Source of the DNA: an archaeon
GTDB lineage: Archaea; Iainarchaeota; Iainarchaeia; Iainarchaeales; 1-14-0-10-31-34
Reading direction: 5' to 3'
DNA length: 44,285 nucleotides
NCBI GenBank assembly: GCA_043819075.1
Contig: JBDRFE010000019.1
Location: 1-44,285 of the forward strand
A program made the position numbers and the translations under genes. The notes beneath the pieces were generated by a model, which did not search any database, had not been told where the DNA came from, and saw nothing but the letters and a program-made list of their open reading frames with translations. Of this stretch, positions 37,197-44,285 are shown piece after piece (the first letter of the stretch is position 1; every line of letters begins with the position of its first letter).

Positions 37197-37983
37197 AATG
37201 ACGTCGTTTGCTGAAATACTGAAAAACTCTTTTATTGTATTAAAAAAAGAACCAAAGCTTTTTGTTCCAAAAATTTTTCTTGCCTTATTGTGGGGCGGAT
37301 TATTGCTATATTCAGTTGATTTGCTTAAAAGAATTCAGGAAATTAATTCAGTTGTTGTTCTGGAAGAAAAAGCTTTTTTGCTTAACGAAATCCTTCCGGC
37401 GTCAGTTGCTTTGTTGTTTTTTTCTTTCCTGTTTTTTGTTTTTGATTCAGTGATTAATTCAGCTTACCCTTTAATGGTTCAAAAATATTTAAGCAAACAG
37501 CCTTTCTCTGTTTTTGCTTCAGTTAAATCGGTTTTATTTGATTTCAACAAAATTGTTCTGCCTGTGTTGATTGCTTTTTTTGCAGGAATACTGGTTCTTT
37601 TTCCTTTCACTTTAATGTTTTCTTTTTTCTTTACAGAGCAAAACACTTTTTTGCTTGGAGTAACTGCTTTAATAATTCTTGCAGTCACTTTTATTGTTTC
37701 AGTAATGTTTTATTTCATTTACCCTGTTGCTTCAATTGAAAGAAAAGGCTTGGCTTCAGTGATTAATACAATTAAAAAATCCAGGAAAAACTTTTTTGAA
37801 GCATCTTTTGGCACTTTTATTGCAATGATTTTAAGCGTGGTTTCTGCTTTGCTTGTTTCTTTTTCTGATGCAACTGAGCTAACAGTTTTAGCTTTAATAG
37901 TTTTTGTTGTATTAAGGATTATTACTGCAGTGCTTGCCACTTATTCAATGGTGTTGAATCCGCTGCTGTACTTTAAAAAGTGA
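37189..37983 (+). CDS. Hypothetical multi-pass membrane protein
   Basis: About 6 hydrophobic segments; overlaps the upstream stop. Confidence 0.7.
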   Translation: MIEMTSFAEILKNSFIVLKKEPKLFVPKIFLALLWGGLLLYSVDLLKRIQEINSVVVLEEKAFLLNEILPASVALLFFSFLFFVFDSVINSAYPLMVQKYLSKQPFSVFASVKSVLFDFNKIVLPVLIAFFAGILVLFPFTLMFSFFFTEQNTFLLGVTALIILAVTFIVSVMFYFIYPVASIERKGLASVINTIKKSRKNFFEASFGTFIAMILSVVSALLVSFSDATELTVLALIVFVVLRIITAVLATYSMVLNPLLYFKK

Positions 37984-37988
37984 TTTAA

Positions 37989-38687
37989 GTGTTTAAGTTC
38001 TGCCCTAAATGCGGTTCAAGAAACGGTCCTTTCATTAAAGGCTTCTGCAAAGAATGTTTTTTGCAGGACAACAAATTGCTTGAGTTTCCAGAGAAAATCC
38101 AGTTCCTGCAATGCAAGAGATGCAGTAAAATTCTTGTGCAAAGGAATTGGGTTGAATTCACTTCAATTGAATTAACTGATTTCATCAAAACAAAAGTTAA
38201 GGCAAAAGATTTTGTTATTCAAGTCATTGAAGCAGAGTTAGAGGAAGCAGAAAAAAACAAATTCAATGCATTAATTGAAGTTAAAGGCTTGCTTGAAGGA
38301 ATTCCTTTGATTTTGAATGGTTTAATCAAGCTTGAATTTCTTTCAGGAATCTGTGATTCCTGTATGAAGGTTTCATCTGATTATTTTGAGGCAACAATTC
38401 AGGCAAGATTTAACGGCAAAAACATTAAGCTGCAGGAAAAAATCCTGGAAGAATTCACTGAACTTTTTTCTGAAATGCAGAGAAAAGACCCGCTTGCAAG
38501 GCTTGTGAAAACCGGAAAAGACAGGAAAGGCTTTGACTTGATTGTTTCATCCAATCGTGCGGCAAAAATTTCTTCTGAAAAGCTTGCAAGAAAATATTCT
38601 TCTAAGGTAACTCGTTCTTTTACTTTAATCGGCGTGGACAAAAGCGGGAAACCAAAAAGGCGTTACACTTACTGCGTGAGATTTTAA
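37989..38687 (+). CDS. NMD3-family protein
   Basis: FCPKCG..FCKEC, CKRC, ICDSC, YFEATIQAR. Confidence 0.85.
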   Translation: MFKFCPKCGSRNGPFIKGFCKECFLQDNKLLEFPEKIQFLQCKRCSKILVQRNWVEFTSIELTDFIKTKVKAKDFVIQVIEAELEEAEKNKFNALIEVKGLLEGIPLILNGLIKLEFLSGICDSCMKVSSDYFEATIQARFNGKNIKLQEKILEEFTELFSEMQRKDPLARLVKTGKDRKGFDLIVSSNRAAKISSEKLARKYSSKVTRSFTLIGVDKSGKPKRRYTYCVRF

Positions 38688-38689
38688 TT

Positions 38690-39391
38690 TCAGACTTCAA
38701 ATTCTTTTAATGAATCAATTATTTCGTTCACTGGTTTTGTTGAAGTAACTAAAGGAATTTTTTCGCTTTCAGCGATTTTTATTGCCAGCGGGTCAACTTT
38801 GCTTATTCCATGCAATACAATAATTGATGGTTTCATTTCAGTTGAAAACCTTCCTATTTTGACTGCAATCATCGGGCTCCTGCCATTTTCAACTGACTGA
38901 AAGATTAAAGCCCTTTCAGGTGTTTTTCCATACAACTGCATGTATTCGTGAACAGGAATATCCAGTATGACTTTTAATGAATCAATTAAAGTATAGCCAT
39001 AAATTACTGTTTCTTTTAATCTGCTTGAATTTGCAACAACATTTCCTTTAATTTTTTTCAGGAAATCTGTTCCGTTAATGCTTGAATAAAATTCGTGGAC
39101 TCCAAAAACTTCTTTTGGCGGAGTAAAATCTTTTTCTAATTGTTTTTTTACTTTTCCCCCTCTTTTTTCGTCAATTAAAACTAATGCGCTGACAAGCCTT
39201 TTGACTATGCCTATTCCAGGGCTTTCTCTTCTTCCTCCCTCGTAATCAGAAATAGTTGAAGAGCTAACTTTCAGGTGGTCGGCTAATTCTGTCTGAGAAA
39301 CACCAAAAATTTCTCTCCATTTTTTCATGGATCCTCCAGGATCCTTGCTTAAACAGATTTCTCCTGCCATAATAGATGAAAGCTTGTCCAT
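38690..39391 (-). CDS. Conserved archaeal XRE-HTH transcriptional regulator
   Basis: MAGEICLS..PG.SMKKWREIF, QTELA, ISDYEGGRRESPG, ERALIF..V..GRSPMIAVK. Confidence 0.88.
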   Translation of the reverse strand: MDKLSSIMAGEICLSKDPGGSMKKWREIFGVSQTELADHLKVSSSTISDYEGGRRESPGIGIVKRLVSALVLIDEKRGGKVKKQLEKDFTPPKEVFGVHEFYSSINGTDFLKKIKGNVVANSSRLKETVIYGYTLIDSLKVILDIPVHEYMQLYGKTPERALIFQSVENGRSPMIAVKIGRFSTEMKPSIIVLHGISKVDPLAIKIAESEKIPLVTSTKPVNEIIDSLKEFEV

Positions 39392-39532
39392 GCATTAAAT
39401 GAGGAAAAAAACAGTTAAAAAAGCCTTTCGTCAATCGCCAGTTAAAAACACTTGTTTTTTCGTTTTTCAACGAAGCCGGTTTTTATCGTATTTTATGTTT
39501 TTAATTTAAAGGAAATTTAGTGCTAAATAAAA

Positions 39533-39628
39533 TTAATCTATTTTATTCGCAAGCTCCTTTAATTCCTTTGTACAGCCGATAATAAGTAAAGCTAAACCAA
39601 TTAATGCAGTCAAAAAAATCTTTTTCAT
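39533..39628 (-). CDS. 31-aa ORF consisting of a lipoprotein signal peptide (micro-lipoprotein or truncated gene)
   Basis: Hand translation MKKIFLTALIGLALLIIGCTKELKELANKID*: basic N-region, hydrophobic stretch, lipobox IIGC. Confidence 0.5.
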   Translation of the reverse strand: MKKIFLTALIGLALLIIGCTKELKELANKID

Positions 39629-39679
39629 GTTTTTATTATAGTTTTAAGTGATATTTAAATTTTTCCTAAAAAAATTTAT

Positions 39680-39746
39680 AGCCCATTACATAGTAATGGG
39701 CTGCCATTTTTCGTCACTAACAGGCGAAACCGTTACGGGCCCACCG
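39680..39746. repeat. Hairpin cluster plus an 11-bp copy of the tRNA-Arg 3' end
   Basis: AGCCCATTAC-ATA-GTAATGGGCT; TCGTCAC-TAACAG-GCGAAA-CCGTTA; CGGGCCCACCG at 39736-39746 is identical to 40821-40831. Confidence 0.75.
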
Positions 39747-39881
39747 AAAGTAAAACGTTTTCGTTTAATTTAATTAGTTTTTTTGTTTTTTGCAGTGTGC
39801 TATAAATTATTATATTTAAAACCGTTTTTAAATATAAACTGGAAAATTTAAATTTCACCTGAAAAATAAGGTTTTTCTGTT

Positions 39882-40751
39882 TTATTTAGGTTTTGGTGAA
39901 TCAGGAGCATTATCTGACAACATTCCGCCAAGAATGGAACAGCCTGTTCCTATAACTGTGCTAATGACTATTGCAACAAGTTGACCCATTACCAGAAGAA
40001 CTTCAAAATTTAAATCTCCATGAAGAGCATTAAATGCAATTTTTTCTTGAGTATAAATAAAAAGAGAAGCGATTGCTCTTAAAACTTCAGCAATAAATGA
40101 AGTGCTCAATGCCAAAAGAAATCCACTTACAAGAATCTTCTTAAAACTTTGAGAATATTTTTTTCTTTGATTATAACCAAACCATCCAAGAAGAATAAAA
40201 GAAAGGATATTCATTGAAACAGTGTTTAAAATTATTAAAAGCACAAAAAGAATTTTTTTTGTATCCCAAAACTTAGTTAAGCCAGTTTTTTCCGAAGAAA
40301 CTGTTTTTGACTTTTTATTTTCTGTTTTACCAGTTTCCTTTTTATCTTTTATTTCATAACGACCTGAACCTAAAACATTTCCAAAAAACACTATTATGAC
40401 AGTTACAAAAGCAAAAATAATAGCCATCAAAAAAGTTTCTGTAAGTGCTTTAACTATTGAAGCAACTGAAATGAAAGCAGGGGACATAAGTATTTGAAAC
40501 AAAATAACTGCCATATAAGGAAAGAAAACTAAAAATAGTGCACTATAAACTAAAGTATATTTTAGTGTTTCATTTAATCCAATTCTTTTTTCTTTGTTTA
40601 AATCATCAGCAACCCACCCAACGAGAAAACTCAAAACAAGCAGAAAAAGAAACAAAAACTGAGGAATAACATAAGATAATACAAAAAGAGCAATCCAACC
40701 TATTACTATTTTTATTGCTCCGTCTTTAGTTTTGAAGTAATTAAAGTCCAT
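39882..40751 (-). CDS. Hypothetical membrane protein
   Basis: Two hydrophobic halves joined by a charged linker; no recognisable motif. Confidence 0.65.
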   Translation of the reverse strand: MDFNYFKTKDGAIKIVIGWIALFVLSYVIPQFLFLFLLVLSFLVGWVADDLNKEKRIGLNETLKYTLVYSALFLVFFPYMAVILFQILMSPAFISVASIVKALTETFLMAIIFAFVTVIIVFFGNVLGSGRYEIKDKKETGKTENKKSKTVSSEKTGLTKFWDTKKILFVLLIILNTVSMNILSFILLGWFGYNQRKKYSQSFKKILVSGFLLALSTSFIAEVLRAIASLFIYTQEKIAFNALHGDLNFEVLLVMGQLVAIVISTVIGTGCSILGGMLSDNAPDSPKPK

Positions 40752-40820
40752 AACTAAAATAACCTTTCTTTATTTATATAACTTTCTGAGTTGAGAACAA
40801 CGGATTCTTTGAAATTGAAT

Positions 40821-41077
40821 CGGGCCCACCGGGAGTCGAACCCGGGTCCACAGCTCACCCCCGGCCCCTTTTTTCTTTTCAGAAAAGAAAAAAGGTGTAC
40901 GTTAACCCAAAAAAGAAAATGAAAATAATAACTGTTTTATTTCAAAACCTTTTTTCTTTTTGGGCAACTTGAACTTTTTCTTTTTTTGGAAAAAAGAAAA
41001 AGGGCAGTTTTTTTGATTAAACTTTTTTGCGAAAAAAGTTTAGGAGGCTGTCATCCTATCCACTAGACTATAGGCCC
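40821..41077 (-). tRNA. tRNA-Arg(CCT) with 185-nt intron at position 37/38 (intron 40856-41040)
   Basis: Exon 1 (41077-41041) GGGCCTATAGTCTAGTGGATAGGATGACAGCCTCCTA; exon 2 (40855-40821) AGCTGTGGACCCGGGTTCGACTCCCGGTGGGCCCG; central BHB helix CUCC/GGGG. Confidence 0.93.
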
Positions 41078-41138
41078 ATTAATTAATTGAATGAAATAAT
41101 TGTTTTAAATAAACTGTTTTTGTGTTGGTGGTTTTAAA

Positions 41139-43505
41139 TTAGAGTTCCCTTAAGTAGCCCCATGCATGAAGCCTGTCAGAGTCTTCAGACCATCTGTCTC
41201 CGATGTCTGTCCTGTAATACATGTGCGGGATATTAATGTTTTTTACTCTAGAGTAAAGCTGGTGTTGTGCTTGCTTCATTGTAGAGCCTGTTCCGCAGAC
41301 AATTAATGCTACTCCTGCTGTTCCTGTTATCACCCATTCTTCGTTGACAAGTTTAATGTCTTCTATGTGGACTCCTTCAGTTGGTTTCTTGAAATACACA
41401 ACCGAATCTTTTGATTTTACGTTAAATGTTTCGTTGTCTGTGAAAGGAAATGGCGGGACAACTAATCTTATTCCAATCTGGAAGCCGGTTTTTGTTTTTA
41501 GTTTTGGTGTTTCTCCTTTTGATAATTCGTATAAAAATTCTCCCATTGGAGTAATCATTCCTTCTTGTTGAATGCTTATGGTTGGATAACCAAATCTTGA
41601 AGTCCATTCAAGCGGGTAAATTCCGTAATTGTTTACTATGCAGTTAATGTCAATGTATCCAACGTAATTTTCTTCTGCGAGTTTTGATTCCATTTTTTTT
41701 AGTGTGCTGTTGAATATTTTGTTTGGCCCGCTCCAGAACATAAATGTATTTCCGCACCAGAAAGGCTTTCCGTTTTTTCTTACAAACATTACGTGGTTTT
41801 TTACTGTGGCGCAGTAAACTTTTCCGTTGTAATCAATTATTTTTGTGTCCCGTTTGTCTATCCATGAATTAGTTTTTTTTACTCTTTCATGCACTTCGTA
41901 TTGAGGTTTATTTGATTCTGCGTAATGGTCTTTAATCCATTTTTTGCCGTATCTTTCTCTTTTTTTTATTATTCCTGTTTTTCCTGTTTTTAAAAGCAGT
42001 TCCTGTAAATCGTCAGCCATTTTTTTTGATGAAGTGTAAAAAATCCTGTATCCGCCTTTCATTTTTGTTGCGTCGCCTAAAGCAAACCATTCAAGGAATA
42101 ATTCAATCTGTTTTTTGCCAAGGCTTTTTATAAAATCTGGAACAAATTTTTCCGGTGCCTTGCCGAATGCTTCAAGGAATGAACCAAGTTGTTTGCTGTA
42201 AGCATAAAATTCGTTTTCTCTTTTAGAAAACTTGAACTGAAGTTTTTCTAAAAGTTTTTCTATTTTTTCTGTTTTTCCAGGAGTTTTTTGGCAGACAGAT
42301 ATTTTGTTGTTTGAAGCGCACCCGTCTGAAAGCCATATTCCCATAAACGAAACCCATAAATCCATTGGAATAATTATTTCCTGTGTTTTATGCAGCATTA
42401 CCTGCCTTCCTTCGTAATGGCCTAATTCTATTGCGGGCAGGATAAAATTTTCTTGTGTTATTCCAGTCCAGTTTCCAGTTCTTTTTATTACTGCCTGGCT
42501 TGGCAGGTCTTTTGCTTTAATGAATTCAAATTTGTTTTTTTTGTTTCTTGCGTTCTCCTGTGTTGAAACATACATGTTGTGGTCTAATGTGACTGCAATG
42601 TCTAGAGTCTGGTTTTTGACTGAAACAAGTTTTTTGTGATGGCTGAAAGAAACAATTAATTCTGGTGTGTGAAATTCTATTTCATCGTTTGATGGATTTA
42701 AAGTGCATAGTTTGTCTTGGTTTTTTAGTTCTTTGAATAATTTCCATCCGTTGTCTGTTAAAACTTCTGTTTTTTCGTCATAGCATCCCATTTCTCCTGT
42801 GCTTGGCCCTAAGTTTCCCGGAAAAAGTTTTTTGTTTTCAAAGTTAACGTTAATTGGATAGATAAATTCTTTTCCGTTAAAGAATGCTCCGACTGCAACT
42901 TCTACTCCTGAAATCTTTTTTTGCAGCTGGAATAAAGGCATTTTTTTTGACCAAGCTTTTTTGTAGTCGTTTAGTACTTGTATTACATCTTTTCCGTCTT
43001 CTTCTTCTCCTACAAAAAGCATTCCTTTAATGTTTTGTGCTTCACCGCTTGGCTTTATGACGTATTTGCCTGGATTTTCCTGCACAAAACTTATTGCGTC
43101 ATCAAATGAAGTGAAGTCTTTGTATGAAATTATTGGCACGCCGGCTTTTTTTAGTTCTTCTTGTCCGAATGCCCTGTCGTCTTCCAGCATGTCAGTGTAT
43201 GGTGTTCCGCCCACAACATTTTTGCCTTGTTCTCTTAATTTTTTTGCTTTTTTTCCCTGCCCTAAAACGTCATCAAAGATTATTGTGTCAGCCCAGTCAA
43301 CTTCTTTCTGCCAGTCATCAACTTTTTCCACGAATCCGTCGCCGACTTCTTTGTCTTCAGGGTTTTCAGTGTAATATTTTGCCTGATGGCCTTCTTTTAT
43401 TAACTGCCATGCAAGGTCTGCAGTTAATGTGTCAAGTGAAATGAAAAGAAATTTTTTTGAATCAATTTTTTTTTCATTGCCGTTGTGGTTGTTTTTTGTT
43501 TCCAT
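41139..43505 (-). CDS. Phosphoribosylamine--glycine ligase-like (PurD-like) ATP-grasp protein containing an intein
   Basis: LEDDRAFGQ, YVIKPSG, GVEVAV, NFENKK, GPSTGEMG^T, GYIDIN, PLEWTSRFGYP, YYRTDIG; 442 aa after intein removal. Confidence 0.8.
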   Translation of the reverse strand: METKNNHNGNEKKIDSKKFLFISLDTLTADLAWQLIKEGHQAKYYTENPEDKEVGDGFVEKVDDWQKEVDWADTIIFDDVLGQGKKAKKLREQGKNVVGGTPYTDMLEDDRAFGQEELKKAGVPIISYKDFTSFDDAISFVQENPGKYVIKPSGEAQNIKGMLFVGEEEDGKDVIQVLNDYKKAWSKKMPLFQLQKKISGVEVAVGAFFNGKEFIYPINVNFENKKLFPGNLGPSTGEMGCYDEKTEVLTDNGWKLFKELKNQDKLCTLNPSNDEIEFHTPELIVSFSHHKKLVSVKNQTLDIAVTLDHNMYVSTQENARNKKNKFEFIKAKDLPSQAVIKRTGNWTGITQENFILPAIELGHYEGRQVMLHKTQEIIIPMDLWVSFMGIWLSDGCASNNKISVCQKTPGKTEKIEKLLEKLQFKFSKRENEFYAYSKQLGSFLEAFGKAPEKFVPDFIKSLGKKQIELFLEWFALGDATKMKGGYRIFYTSSKKMADDLQELLLKTGKTGIIKKRERYGKKWIKDHYAESNKPQYEVHERVKKTNSWIDKRDTKIIDYNGKVYCATVKNHVMFVRKNGKPFWCGNTFMFWSGPNKIFNSTLKKMESKLAEENYVGYIDINCIVNNYGIYPLEWTSRFGYPTISIQQEGMITPMGEFLYELSKGETPKLKTKTGFQIGIRLVVPPFPFTDNETFNVKSKDSVVYFKKPTEGVHIEDIKLVNEEWVITGTAGVALIVCGTGSTMKQAQHQLYSRVKNINIPHMYYRTDIGDRWSEDSDRLHAWGYLREL
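41748..42785 (-). mobile_element. Intein (346 aa) with LAGLIDADG-type homing endonuclease
   Basis: Block A CYDEKTEVLTDNGW; block B VTLDHNM; endonuclease blocks FMGIWLSDG and FLEWFALGDA, TSSKKMADDLQELL; block F/G VYCATV..HVMFVR..WCGN/T. Confidence 0.92.
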
Positions 43506-43561
43506 AATGAATCCATTAAATTATATTTAATAGCATTTGTTTTTATTTTCTTTCTTTTTTT

Positions 43562-44119
43562 TCATGCAAGCAGCATTAATGTAATGCCTGTTGCAATTGG
43601 AATCGTGTAATTGTCTTCTATTGGAAGGTATTCCATTGCCATTCCAGCTGTTGCTGCAATAAATGCAGTTGAAAAAGGAAATAAAATTGAAAGGTAAATG
43701 AATGAAGCAAGTATTCCTGCAAGGCTTCCTTCTAATGTTTTATCCATTATTTTTATTTTTCCCACTAATTTTCCTGTTATAGTTGAAAAACTGTCTCCGA
43801 AAACCAACGGAATTATTGCGCCGATAACAAAAAGCAGGTTATTGTAGAATAATATTGTTGCTGCAAGAGTTCCAATAAAAAAAGTTATTGCGCCTTTTCC
43901 CGGCAATTCTTTTTCCCGGTTTCTTCCTGCATAGCCAAGAAAATTTTTTATTATTGGAGGATTGAATCCTTTTTTTATTTGCAGTGAAAGAATACATCCT
44001 GCTAAAAGGATTAAAATGTTCAGCAGAAAAAAATTTGCTGTTCCAATTAACCCTAAAATAATTATTGTAATGCATCCGAAAAAATAATGCATGAACTGTC
44101 TTCTTAATTCTTTTTTCAT
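43562..44119 (-). CDS. Dolichol/phytol (polyprenol) kinase-family membrane protein
   Basis: RRQFMH, GDSFSTITGK, KTLEGS, EDNYTIP. Confidence 0.85.
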   Translation of the reverse strand: MKKELRRQFMHYFFGCITIIILGLIGTANFFLLNILILLAGCILSLQIKKGFNPPIIKNFLGYAGRNREKELPGKGAITFFIGTLAATILFYNNLLFVIGAIIPLVFGDSFSTITGKLVGKIKIMDKTLEGSLAGILASFIYLSILFPFSTAFIAATAGMAMEYLPIEDNYTIPIATGITLMLLA

Positions 44120-44285
44120 GTTAATCTTTTTCTTGAAAGAATGAATACAACTGAAATTAATGCAGCGATTATTCCGATAAAATTTGTTTCAGGCAGATTC
44201 TGGAGCTTGTTGTCTGCTTCTAATACCCAAAAATACCTTTCTTCTATGTCGTTTATCGGAACTTTGTCCTGCATTACTCCTCTGC
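44116..44285 (-). CDS. C-terminal end of a surface protein with a sorting-signal-like tail (5' partial)
   Basis: Hand translation ...KLQNLPETNFIGIIAALISVVFILSRKRLT*; stop overlaps the next ATG (ATGA). Confidence 0.65.
   Translation of the reverse strand, partial: RGVMQDKVPINDIEERYFWVLEADNKLQNLPETNFIGIIAALISVVFILSRKRLT

Overview
AT-rich, gene-dense archaeal window, most likely from a DPANN lineage; the lineage is inferred from gene content, not established. Archaeal markers include an HMf-type histone, Hef helicase/nuclease, FtsZ, rpS8e, NMD3, Cgi121, archaeal TyrRS and BHB-type tRNA introns. Housekeeping genes alternate with bacterial-type modules: nadE-nadC-nadD, treT/otsA/otsB, the MEP genes ispG and ispE, a speD-speE fusion and hicBA. 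Two things stand out. (1) An apparent operon in which an MscS channel is fused to a C39/papain-like peptidase and followed by three RimK-type ATP-grasp ligases (the first degenerate), with a divergent M29 aminopeptidase. (2) A family of palindromic elements that forms long homologous introns in two different tRNA genes (Asp-GTC, Arg-CCT) and shares modules with a free-standing intergenic hairpin array downstream of ftsZ. There is also a LAGLIDADG intein in a PurD-like ligase and a small islet bounded by a copy of the tRNA-Arg 3' end.
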